A stretch of DNA of 64,000 nt. Source: Azolla caroliniana (Eukaryota; Plantae; Polypodiophyta). Where the stretch lies: contig JBHGNT010000022.1 in assembly GCA_043228905.1 (NCBI GenBank), positions 7,502,001-7,566,000 on the forward strand, read 5' to 3'. Numbering within the stretch: the stretch's first letter is position 1; each line of letters begins with the position of its first letter. This document shows, piece after piece, positions 13,021 through 25,018 of this stretch. The notes under the pieces were generated by a model. It searched no databases. It saw nothing but the letters and a program-made list of their open reading frames with translations, and was not told the origin of the DNA. The translations under genes and the position numbers were made by a program.

Positions 13021-14850
13021 TTCAACGTAGTGCGATCTTTGACGCTTGTCGACGTCACCCCGGCTTGATTTGGATTTGTCCGAATTGAAGCGCTTCTTCC
13101 AACACTCGCTCTCTGTGGCACTTATGGCCACAGTACCAACATTCTGTTTCGGCCTTTACTTGCCGGTTTTTGGCACCGCCTTGACACCCCCTATTTCCTA
13201 AGGATCCAGAATTGTTGTCGGCATTTCAATTATGCCTTCGGTTTTGCTCCTATTGGCCACCTCCATTGCATGCTGACCCGCCTCGTCCACTACGACCACA
13301 GGGCCGTTTCTCCTCCGTGTACAACATTTTGTTGTCGGTGTGTGTGCTCATTGACACGCCTGTGTGGTTCTCTTCAACGAGAAGCATCAACTGCAACTTG
13401 AAGAATGACGATGTACTCTCTCTCGTGTAGATCGCCATCTGGAATGATCTGAACTTCTGTGCCAATCCTACGAGACAGACCTGCACCATTTCTTCCTCCT
13501 TGACGATCACATTGTCGTAGTGTATTTCGTACACTACGTGAAAAACTTATAAAGTAACCAATTCAATAAATATGAAAAAATAGAACAAAATATTAAAATA
13601 TATATAACATGCATAAGGCAAGATTCGAACCTTGTATCTCTATGTTAATAATGTAAAGTCTTACAATTATACTAACACATCATACGTATTAAAATGAAAA
13701 TGTCCTACATAAAAAGGTTACTTCACACATATTTTCTAAGAAAAAAGCTTTACTTAAAAGAAAAACGCATGATAGAAAAAAGCTACACATGCACATCTAG
13801 CCTGCATAAACACTATAGTCGATAAAAAATGCATGAGGTTAGAAAAGCATGTTAGAGAAAGCATATAGTCTATAGATAGAGAAAGCATGGAGTCCATAGT
13901 TAGAGAAAAAGCATGGATTGTTAAGACTCTCTCATCAGTATATAAGGATGGGGAGCACAATGTAATGAAGGGGAGAGAAAATTATAGATGAAAAATCATT
14001 AGGGTTCAAAAATAATGATTAATAAAATAAACTATGCTTGTGGGATTCACAAGTTTTCTATATCTTTCTCTTCCAATCTATTCTAATTTATTATTAGAGT
14101 TTTAAATATTAATAAAATAAATAAACTATACTCGTGGGATTCACGAGGTTTCTATATCCTTATCTTCTTGTTCTTCTTCTTTTTCCAAAAAATCTATATC
14201 TTTATCTTTCAATCTAAATTCATAGTCTTATCTTAATATTGATTAATCTAATACAATATACTTGTGGGATTCACAAGTTTCAATCTCTCTTTCTTATAAT
14301 TGATTCATATTCATAACTAAACTTGTCTCAAACTCCCCCTAGTCCAAAACCCAGGCGATTCCCACCCGGCTCACGCAACCATCCGGTGCTGAAAGGCACG
14401 ACAACGTTGATGGAGGCGAGAGAGTCGCAGATGTCCTTGATCCGCGAGGTGTAATCAGCCAAAAACATGTCTCTTTGTCGGACATTACTCAACACCTCTC
14501 TGAGTTGAAGCTTTCTGGTTGTGGTGCTCGCAAGAAAATCTTCTTCAGATTTCCCCAAGCCTCCTTTGGCATCTTGACCTCCCGGATGTGCCTCAATAGC
14601 TGATTACCAACACTAGATATGACGCAGTAGAGAACTCTGCTTGCCGACTATTCCCAAGCTGGAAAATCCCTGTGTGTCGAATCTGGTATTGCATCATTTG
14701 CTCATTCAACATAACTCCAATACCCATGTCCTAACAGGTATTGGTGCATCTTATATGACCAAGATGCATAGTTACTCCTGTCGAGCTTCTCCGTTGGAAG
14801 CGAGCTTCCCATACCTCTGTCCATTTCTCTTATTGTTTGTTCTTACTAGG
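13021..14850 (-). mobile_element. Copia gag remnant (ATG 14824), same family as 53603-64000; its leader, PBS and 5' LTR resume at 31385-31867
   Basis: MDRGMGSSLPTEKLDRSNYASWSYKMHQYLLGHGYW and knuckle ECWYCGHKCHRESECWKK match the gag at 62880-63620. Confidence 0.85.
13513..14403 (+). mobile_element. Solo LTR of the TGTCG...CGACA (Trp-primed) lineage, 4-bp TSD ACAT/ACGT
   Basis: Termini TGTCGT...ACGACA. Removing it plus 4 bp restores the host gag frame LASINVIVKEEEM. It has three internal GTGGGATTCAC repeats and a U5 motif shared with the LTRs at 754 and 54561. Confidence 0.85.
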
Positions 14851-15718
14851 TGTTAGTGTTGTCCATCGAAATAGTAACTGACGGACAAGAGCGCAGTAGT
14901 ATGGAATAGAAGAATAGTGTAACGCATGTAACGGTTCACGCGAGAAGCGTGAACGGCTAAAAGATCCTGCGTATATAAAGGGCAGAAAACCTCTGATAGA
15001 GGTAGCGTGTAATTTTGAATGTAAGAGGCGTATCATAATAGAGTTCTATCTTCTCTGATATCTGTGTGTAGCTGTGGTTAATCTACTGGGTGTCTGTAAG
15101 TCTTAAGAGCATAGGAGTAAGTAACGGTGTGTGCGTTAGCCCACTATCTAAGGATCTCAGTTGTAGTCGTCTCCCTTATACACTGCTAGGTTACGAGAAG
15201 TATCCCACTAAGTATTACGCACAGACGCTACCATTCGGTGTCACACAGTCACTTGGAGGTCTAGGTCGAAGGACTGACCATAGAGCATGTTCCTAATCCG
15301 TAACACTCGAAGCAAAGCAAAGAATGGTGGATCCTTCCCTTCCCACCAGAAGCAAGCTCGAACGGCCGACCTACCTTGAGAGGAAGTCACTCCCTCACTC
15401 CTCGTCCCCATCACTAATTTCTCTCCTCAATCTCTCTACCTAAAACCCTAGACACCCCAACCTTCATCTCTATGTCCATCCATCTCTCTCATTCTGTGAA
15501 TTTGCGTTGCGTTTGTGTTGTGCATGTGTCTGTTTGTGTCCACTTCCAAAAGATGAAGAGCGAAGAAGAGGAAAGTGAAACGGTTCTCCGCAGAGAAGGG
15601 AAGGAAATGCTTCGGCATATGTGAGGTCTGTTGCCCGACTGTTCGCAGACTCCGTTGTAGAGAACAGAGATTCACAACTCTCTGCAACAGAACAAAGCAG
15701 AGAAGAATGAACGAAGCC

Positions 15719-16268
15719 ATGGCTAAGCCTACGTTCCAAGGTACTCGAAATAAAGAGGTTGTTCGAGGAGTAGGTCACCATTCACGCTCCAGCATTTAGC
15801 ATATGTGTGGTTTGTGGGCCATCAAAGCAAAGAATGGTGGATCCTTCCCTTCCCACCAGAAGCAAGCTTTTGAAACTCTCGTATCCAAGAGACCTCCCAA
15901 GTTCTACCCTGCCGATGATGTTCCTAAACCCCTTCGAAATAAACGTGTCCTCAAACCTACTAAGCTCAGGTCAAGCATCACCCCAGGCACTGTCTTGAAT
16001 CTGCTTGCTGGACATTTTAAGGGGAAGAGGGTTGTTTTCCTTATGCAGCTAGAATCTGGTTTGCTTTTGGTTACAAGTCCATTCAAGCTAAATGGTGTAC
16101 CTCTACCTTGAGTAAGTCAATCATATGTAATAGCAACCTCTACAAAGCTTGATGTAAGAAAAGTAGATATGGGTAAAATTACAGACAACTACTTTGAAAA
16201 GGAAGTTCAGAAGAAGAAGAAGAAAAGTGAGAGCGAGTTCTTTGAGGCTAAGAAGGAGGAAAAAGAAT
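15719..16268 (+). pseudogene. RPL6: 60S ribosomal protein L6 (eL6) copy, uninterrupted, 3'-truncated, two in-frame stops
   Basis: RN..VRGVG..SRS...[11 protein letters not shown]...[10 protein letters not shown]...[46 protein letters not shown]...[17 protein letters not shown]. Stops at 15797 (TAG) and 16109 (TGA). Confidence 0.95.
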
Positions 16269-17505
16269 CAGAATCTCAACGAGAAGGATTAGAAGAACAA
16301 GACGGAGGATGTAAGCAGAAGATAGATCCATGGATGGAAAGGCAAAGCTTTAATGCAGGTTATGGGGCCCTCTTCATCATCATTATCATCCACACCATCA
16401 CCATCTCCATCTGAGATCTCATCGGATACTTCTCTTAGGATGGGCCTCTCACAACATCTCAAAATCTTTAGATGTTGACGTTGCTTCTTCTTGCGCTGAT
16501 CCTTCGATTGACCTGAGGGTTTCTGATCCATTCCTACAGATCATTATAAGGAGTGTAGCAGAGAGGCGACTGAGCTACAAGAACGCTCTACATTTTCTCG
16601 CCACTTATTAAGTTAACATAGATTGTCTCTCGGAGTATCGCGACTCTCTTCAATGCTCCGGTAGCAAAAGATGATTCTGCCAGGGCTTGTGTTTTGTATG
16701 TAACTTCTCTAGAATTGTGTGGCCTACTTGTAACAACTATGGCACTACAACTAGTAAAGATGATGAATGGCGATTCCAACAAAATCAAAGAGATCAGCAC
16801 CACCGTTGCCATTGTCGCCGCCACCACAATCGTTGCCACTGTCGCCGTCATCACTGCCATCGCCGTAATTGTCGCCGCCGTTGCCACTGCAATCATTTCC
16901 ACCTCCACGAGTGCCGCCGCCGCAATCAATGTCGTCGTCGTTGCTGCTATTGTTGTCGCCGCCGCCGCAATCCGCTAGAAGTGAAAGGCGAGAAGATGAA
17001 TGGAAGCAAGAAGAGAGGGGCATTCAAAAAAAAAAAACATAAGGGCAGAGAAGATGAAATTTCAAAAGCTCAAGGGCATGACATGAGATTTCAAATTTTG
17101 GAGGGCAGAATGCGAAATTTCGAAAACACAAGGGCCAAAAACAAAATTTCAAAAAAATTTGAGGGTAAAAAATTTTTAAGACCAAAGGGTAAAAAATATA
17201 AAACTCACTTCACATGATGAAAGAAAGAATACACAAATGCACAACACGATTTCACGACCCATGCCACATTGTACTAGCCGATTGGTGTATGATCCAATCG
17301 CGACTTGTGCTGACTGAACGAGAAGGTTCGAGTCAAGCAAAGCTCCGATCGAAGTTATCAATCGTAGAGCAGTGATCCGGTCGAGGGATTTCCGACCATT
17401 GAGACGACCGATGGAGTTCCGGTCGAGAAGAATTGCCATGCCGAGTGGGTTCACCGTGCAATGCACTGTCCCACAGGCGTGCCATGTGTTACCCGTAAGA
17501 ATATA

Positions 17506-19650
17506 TGGGGAGGCATCGGAGCGTAACTATTCCACGACAGAATGTGAGGCGTTGTGGATGATCTATTGCATCAATCAATTCCGGCATTATCTGTTAGGGT
17601 GGAAATTCACGTTTCACGTGGATCATTCGGCACTACTGTATTTGGTGGAGAAACAAGCGCTGACGAGGAAATTGGCGAGATGGATGCTGCTGCTTCAAGA
17701 ATTCGATTTTGTAATTTAGCACCGCCCGGGTACGCAACACGTAGTGGTAGATTTTTTGAGCAAACTCGATAATGGAGAAACGGCGCAGAAGAACAACGAT
17801 GACTTTCCGGATGTAGACATTCTACGGGTAGCAGCACTAATAGAAAGAACAGAAAAGACCTTTCCGGACCGGTGGCTCATAGAAATGACCTACTTATTTA
17901 CTACGGGACTGCCCCCACCGCAATTACGCACGGACGAGAAGAAACGATTACCCATCCGGAGCCGTAACTTCTGCCTGGTAGAAGGAATCTTATATCACAA
18001 AGGCAGTGATGGCATTTGGCGACGCAGTGTACGTCAGGATGAGAAAGAAGCAGTCTTACGTGAGGCTCACTGCGGTACGGCAGGCGGACATTACGCGGGC
18101 AAGGTTACGGTCTGGAAAATATGGCAAGCAAGCCTATGGTGGCCAACTACACAAAAGGATGCATACGATTATTGCAAAAAGTGTGATTTGTGTCAACGGA
18201 TGGGCCAACCCACGGAGGGCGCAAGAATGCCACACCAGCCCGTATTATTGTTAGATCCCTTCCAAAAGTGGGGATTGGATTTTGTAGGCCCCTTCACACC
18301 GGCGATGGCCCGTACGGGCAATAAATACATATTGGTGGCCACGGATTATTGCACCAAGTGGGTAGAAGCAAAGGCACTATGGGAGAATACGGCGGCTGTC
18401 ACGGCGAGATTCCTTTACAAACACATCTGGTGTCAGTTCGGTTGTCCGATTGAGCTTATCAGCGATCACGGGAGCCACTTTCTCAATACGGTGGTTCGTG
18501 AACTAACATAGCATTACGTTGTGGTCCACAAGAAGAGTACGCCATATTATCCATAGGCGAATGGTTTGACAGAATCCACCAACAAGACATTGCAGACCAT
18601 ATTAAAGAAAATCGTCAATGACAATAGAACAGACTGGGATACCAAATTACATAGTGTGTTATGGGCGTACAGGACCAGCTACAAAACAAGCATACAGTCA
18701 ACATTGTTTCGACTAGCGTTTGGGCTGGAGGCCATATGCTGGTAGAGTTTCAGATACCCAGTTTACGGATTCAAGCATAGGACCGACTATCTAAAGCCAA
18801 GTCGGAGGAAGTACGACTCCACCAGCTACTCAAACTTGGCGAAACACGCGTACACAGCATGACTGTGTTGGAGCAGGAACAATGAGGGCGAAAAGCATTT
18901 GTGGATCGACATCGGAACGCACGGGAAAAGGATTTTGCGGTCAGTAGTGTTATGGGCATGACCATCTAATATCCCGTGGTCAAAATTTATTGTAGTATTC
19001 TATACACGTGGATAAGTGTGAGGGTTAAACGAGAGTGTAAAGAAGGGGAGGATTACTTTTAATCCTCGGGATTGAGACAACCCATTAGGCCAAGTGTGAA
19101 CTTGCTTGGGGGGCTTGGGTATCGCTATAAATAAGAGGCCTAGCTACCCTCATTTGATCATCTTGTTGACTACGTTGAGACTCTGTCTTGTGGTGGGTCA
19201 ACTCTTGTAGCGAGTGCGCCAGCACCAGGTATGACTCGACGCCACGGCGGTGGTATGGGACGCCGATCGAGGCTCGAGTCCATCTTGATCCCTTCGCGCG
19301 GGGGTGGTCGGGTGGATCGGCAACCTTCTTTCTCTCTCTCCTCTCTAAATCTATCTATTCATCTATATTCTATCCTTATCTAATGCTTACATTAGTGTAT
19401 GTCTCTAATAGGTAGAGCGGTATTGGTTTTCCAAACCCGCATGGGGCATATGCCAGGAAAATTACAATTCCACTAGACAAGTCCGTACTGGATAGTAGGA
19501 GCGGAACAAGGCACGTTTCAACTGGGCATGCTGGCCGGGGAAGTATTACGATAGAAAGTGAATGGGTTTCGCCTTAAACCTTATCTGGGACCTACGCCAC
19601 CTAACCCGTTCCCCACCGGACAGGACAAAGCTGGAGAACCCGCGGAGTAA
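17506..19650 (+). pseudogene. pol: gypsy pol remnant: RNase H, integrase zinc finger, core and GPY/F tail
   Basis: ERNYSTTECEAL, DHSAL, LARWMLLLQEFDF, H..GGH..CDLCQ, WGLDFVGPF, DYCTKWVEA and GKL...PYW. Interrupted by the solo LTR at 18948-19410. Confidence 0.92.
18948..19410 (+). mobile_element. Solo LTR (463 bp), TSD AGTAG/GGTAG
   Basis: Termini TGTTA...TAATA (CA mutated) and an internal TATAAATA. Removal restores the integrase frame DFAVGRAVLVF. Confidence 0.8.
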
Positions 19651-20299
19651 GTAGATGGCCCCACTTGTATTATAGTGTAAACATAGGCTTGTATGTAACC
19701 GTTACGAAAAAAAAAAGAAAAAAAAAAGAAAAAGAAAAAAGAGAAGAGAAGATAGCGACGCTATTAAAAGGACTTAAGGCATGCACACACTTCTAGACCA
19801 AGAACACGCGGCACCGCGATGGCTCACCGACCAATGAACCCTAGGCCACAAAAAGAAGGAAATAGAAGGTTTTCTGCACAATACAGAAATCAACCTCCTA
19901 ACTCTCCGCGCTCTCATCGCTCTCCTGCCTCACCTTCTTCTCCATCCTATCACAGAGCTCAAGCCCACCGCAACCAACAATCTTCACCCCACAAGCCTAC
20001 TCTGACTATGCCGATATTCATCTCTACCGCCTTGCGACGATGGCTCGTGGAGAAACGTCTGGATGGGTACATCAGGGTCGCAGAGGCACCTCCACACCCT
20101 GATGCACTGGACATTGCCAGAAAGCTCATTATTGACACGGTCACAAACTCATCCATCCGGAAAAAGTTGGACCTGTCATCACTAGGTGAAAGGCATTTCG
20201 AAATCCCTCCTACGGAGTCGTTGTAGAGATACACGAAGCTGTTGGGATTACGGTCCCTCCGGATGGGATGATCGGATGTCCGGGAATCGGATGATGAAT

Positions 20300-20436
20300 A
20301 CCCCGGCTACGGAGCCGGATGATGAAGACCCCTGGTTACGGAGCCGGATGCTGAAGATCCCGGCTACGGAGCCGGATGCTGAAGACCCCGGTTACGGAGC
20401 CGGATGCTGAAGACCCCGGTTATGGAGCCGGATGAC
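20300..20436 (+). repeat. 28-bp tandem repeat x5 in LTR U3 (also at about 25089-25225)
   Basis: Unit ACCCCGGTTACGGAGCCGGATGCTGAAG. Confidence 0.9.
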
Positions 20437-20944
20437 GAATGTACCCGGAGAGAGATCCGGATGCGGGGACATATTTGTGAATATGTTTGCCAAGAGCCCT
20501 TGACGCTATATTTGTAAATAGCCCGAAAGTCATATGTGTATAAATATGACTTAGGGCAAACAGTTTAAGGGTTGTTGCTCATTTTTTTTCTGTTTTTCTA
20601 CTTAGAGGGAGCGAAGTGAGAGCAGCCGTGAGAGCGAGAGAGAGAGAGAGAGACGAAGAGGTCGTTGCCTCTGTGTATTACCGCCGCCTGTGGTGAAGAC
20701 AGTGAGCTCAAGGTTGTTGCCTTGTAGCTTCACCTGTGTACATCTCTGTTTATAGTGATAGTTGGAGTTTGACTCCCGTGGTTTTTCCCATTTAGGGTTT
20801 TCCACGTAAAACATCCAGTGTACCTTTCTCTCTGTTGTCTTCGTTTTTTTTTTATTTCCTATTTTCTGGAGTTGATCCTATTCCTCGGTTGTGGCCGAGC
20901 ACTGTGTGCAACAAAGTGGTATCAGAGTGACGGTAACACAGAAA

Positions 20945-23900
20945 ATGGAAGGCGGCGGTAGTGGGCCTCCGGGCATGATGGTGTTGAACTCACAGAACTA
21001 CGCCGACTGGAAGATAAAGATGGAAGACCTTCTCATCGTCCGAGACCTGTATGAACCGATCGACAATGCCGAGATACCCAAGGGGGTAATAGAGTCGGAG
21101 TGGAAGCTCCTGAACCGGAAAGCCGTAGCGACGATCCGGCAATATGTCGATGTAAGCGTTCTACAACATGTGGCGAACGACATCAACGCATATGAGATGT
21201 GGAAGAAGCTGTCGGGCCTCTACGAGAGGAAGAATGCGTTGAACCGGACCTCCCTGATGAGGAAGATAGTGAACCTCAAGTACCGGGACGGCGAGAATAT
21301 GGTGGAACACGTGAGCACGTTCATGGGATTCGTGAACCAGCTTGCGGCGATCAAGTTCCCGTTGGAGGATGCAATGCAAGCCATCATTCTGATGTGTACA
21401 TTGCCGGAAAGCTGGGAGAACTTGGTGGTGACTCTCAGCACCTCCTGCACCGAAGATAACTTGTCTCTACAAACGGTAAAGACAAGCATTTTGAACGAAG
21501 AAGCGCGCCGGAGAGATAAAGAACCGGTTTCCGATCCGAAGATGCTGCTTACCGAATCGGATCGGGGAAGACAATGGAACCGGAGTCCGCAAAGACGGGA
21601 GAAGTCGGGGACCCGGTCGCAGTCAAGAGGAAGGCCCACATGCTTCCACTGTGGGAAGCCGGGGCACCTCCGGAAGAATTGTCGGCATTACCGAAAGGAC
21701 AACGGAGCCGTCGACACCGATTCGAAGAAGTCACCGGAGAGAAACGGTGCATACCGGGGAGCCACAGACCGGAGAGGTCCGGATCGGCGAGGGCAGGACC
21801 GGAAAGGAACGACGGCACTCGCGGCAATTGAAGAAGAAATAATGCTCATTACCGAAGAGAGGGAGCTGAACCTTGCCGGTGTAGAGATGACCTGGGTGGT
21901 CGATTCCGGAACGTCGTTCCACCTGACCCCGGAGAAGAAATACTTCTCATCCTACACAGCCGGTGAGCACGGCTGTGTCCGGATGGGAAATGAAGGCACA
22001 TGCCGGATTGCCGGCATAGGAGACGTGTGGCTGATGACATCAACCGGATGCAAGATGCTGTTGAAGGATGTTCGACACGTTCCGGAGGTCCGATTGAACC
22101 TGATCTCGGCCGGGAGGCTAGATGATGAAGGCTACACGGGTAGCATCCGGAACGGTGTCATGAAGTTCAGCAAAGGGAGCCTGATAGTGGCTCGGGCCCG
22201 GAAGGTAAATACACTGTACCTGATGAATTCCCGGCTATGTCCGGAGGAGCTGAACGTGGCAGCCGACACTGCCGGTGAGCTGTGGCACAAGAGACTGTGC
22301 CACATGAGTGAGAAGGGGATGAAGAGGCTTGCCGATGACAACCTGATACCGGTAAAGCACGTACACCTGGGGAAGTGTACCGACTGTCTGGCCGGTAAGC
22401 AAAACCGGACCTCCTTCCACTCAAGGCCACCGACGAGACGTAGCGCACCATTGGAGTTGGTACACACTGATGTGTGTCAAGTAGAAGCGAAGTCACATGG
22501 CGGAGCTCAGTACTTCGTAACATTCATAGATGACCATAGCCGGAAGCTGTGGACGGCACCGTTGAAGACAAAGGACCAAGTATTGTCCATCTTCAAAGAA
22601 CTCCACGCGAGAGTGGAAAGAGAATCCGGCAAGAAGCTGAAAGCGATACGAGCGGATAACGGAGGGGAATACCGGGGGCAGTTCGCAGAGTACTGTCGCT
22701 CGAAGGGAATCCGGCTCGAGTTTACTGTGCCGAAGACGCCGGAACTGAACGGGCTGGCCGAGAGGATGAACCGGACCATAATGGAGAGGGTCCGGAGTAT
22801 GCTAGCACATGCGAAATTATCCAAGGGATTTTGGGCTGAGGCAATGTCGACGGCGACGTATGTGATAAATAGATCACCCTCAGTACCTTTAGACGGAGAC
22901 ACGCCGCAGAAAGTGTGGACCGGTAAGGAAGTGTCCTACCGGCATCTGAAGGTGTTCGGGTGTCTCGCATACGTGCATGTGGCAAAGGACCAGAGAGGAA
23001 AGTTAGATCCAAAGACCCGGCCATGCATATTCCTCGGTTACGGCGACGACGAGTTCGGCTACCGAGTATGGGACCCGGTCGACAAGAAGATATTCAGGAG
23101 TCGAGATATCATCTTCATGGAGGACAAGACACTCGCCGACTGGGAGTCGGAGAAGAAGATGAAGAGCTCCAAGTCGACCGGTGAGGATCAACTCTACGAA
23201 GAGCAGTCCCGACCGGCAAGGGACCGGTTAGCACTCGAGGATCCGGCCGAAGACGGTGAAGAAACAGAACCGGCCGAGGAAGATGAAACTGATACCGGAA
23301 CCGGCCCCGATCCCGAAATGGATTCGGATGAAGAGGAAACGGAGGAGCCGGTTACCGAAGCTCCGGAACGGAGATATCCTCTAAGAGAGAGAAGGGCCCC
23401 CCGGAGATTTCCGGAACCAGAGCACGTGCTGCTAACCGACGAGGGGGAGCCGGAGAGCTTTGAAGAAGCAAAACTTGACACCCATAGCCGCAGGTGGTTA
23501 AGTGCCATGCAGGAGGAGATGGATTCCCTGCATGAGAACCACACATATGAACTTGTGGAGTTGCCGAAAGGAAAGCGGGCACTTCGAAACAAGTGGGTGT
23601 ACAAGCTGAAACCGGGAGATGTCGGAAACCCCCCAAGATACAAAGCCAGGATCGTAGTGAAGGGGTTCCAGCAGAAGAAGGGCGTCGACTTCGACGAGAT
23701 ATTTGCCCCGGTAGTGAAGATGACCTCCATCCGGATGGTGCTGAGCATAGCGGCAAGTGTGGACCTCGAGGTAGAACAGATGGACGTGAAGACGGCATTC
23801 CTTCACGGTGACCTCGAAGAAGAGATCTACATGCAGCAACCGGAAGGATTCGAGAAGAAAGGGAAGGAGCACCTGGTATGCCGGTTGAAGAAGAGCCTTT

Positions 23901-25018
23901 ACGGACTGAAGCAGGCACCCCGGCAATGGTACCGGAAGTTCGACTCTTTCATGACCGACGAAGGCTACCACAAAACGCAGTCCGATCACTGCGTGTTTGT
24001 GAAGAAGTTCGAAGGAGGAGACTTTCTAATACTCCTCCTGTACGTGGACGACATGTTGATCGTCGGACGGGACCAGGCCAAGATACGGATGCTGAAGAAA
24101 GCGCTTCACCGAACTTTCTCAATGAAGGACCTGGGTCCGGCGAGGCAAATACTAGGGATGCACATCATCCGGAACCGGAAGAAGAAGCAGTTGTGGCTGT
24201 CACAGGAGAAGTACGTGACAAAGGTGCTTCACCGGTTCAACATGTCGGAAGCAAGACCGGTCGGGTCAACCCTCCCTACAAACTGCAAGTTGTCCAGCAA
24301 GCAAAGCCCCAAGACAAAGGCTGAGAAGGAGGACATGATGAAAGTACCATATGCCTTTGCCGTCGGAAGCTTGATGTACGCAATGGTGTGTACAAGACCG
24401 GACATAGGATACGCAGTCGGAGTGGTGAGCCGGTACATGAGCAATCCCGGCAAAGAGCACTGGAACGCGGTCAAGTGGATACTCCGATACCTGAAGGGCA
24501 CGGCAAACGTGTGCCTCCGTTTCGGCTCCAGCAAGCCCGAACTCGACGGCTTTACCGATTCGGATATGTCGGCTGATGCAGATACCAGCCGGTCCACATC
24601 AGGGTATGTGATGACGTATGCAGGGGGAGCTGTTTCGTGGCAGTCGAGGCTGCAGAAGACGGTTGCGTTGTCAACCACGGAGGCGGAGTACATGGCGGCT
24701 GTTGAAGCCGGCAAGGAAATAATATGGATGAAGGACTTCATTAGAGAGCTCGGTATCCGGCAGGAGGAGTACCGACTCTACTGCGACAGTCAGAGTGCCA
24801 TCCACCTTGCGAAGAATGCGGCCTATCACTCCCGGACGAAGCACATCCAGCGTAGATACCACTAGATCCGGGAAAGGATAGAAGACAAGGAGTTCATGCT
24901 GACGAAGATCCACACGGATGAGAACGGGTCGGATATGCTGACCAAGGTACTCACACCCGACAAGCTGGAAGCATGCCGGAAAAGGATTGGATTGGAGAGA
25001 CATCCCATGCCGAAGTGA
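20945..25018 (+). CDS. Copia Gag-Pol polyprotein (gag, CCHC, PR, IN, RT, RNase H); single premature TAG at 24863-24865
   Basis: CFHCGKPGHLRKNC, WVVDSG, DNGGEY, YVDDML and STTEAEY. After the TAG the frame continues 50 codons (IRERIE...DMLTK...) to TGA at 25016-25018. Confidence 0.95.

Noticed and set aside
16588-17217. Cys/His/Arg-rich or Ala/Val-rich ORFs
   Set aside because: These are translations of a GCC/GTC trinucleotide-like tract that is open in several frames, with no domain signal.
24863-24865. Programmed stop-codon readthrough
   Set aside because: The TAG falls inside conserved RNase H at an aromatic position and lacks the CARYYA context. A G-to-A point mutation is simpler.
20998-25003. 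Numerous antisense and alternate-frame ORFs over the copia polyprotein
   Set aside because: Shadow ORFs of a GC-rich coding sequence.
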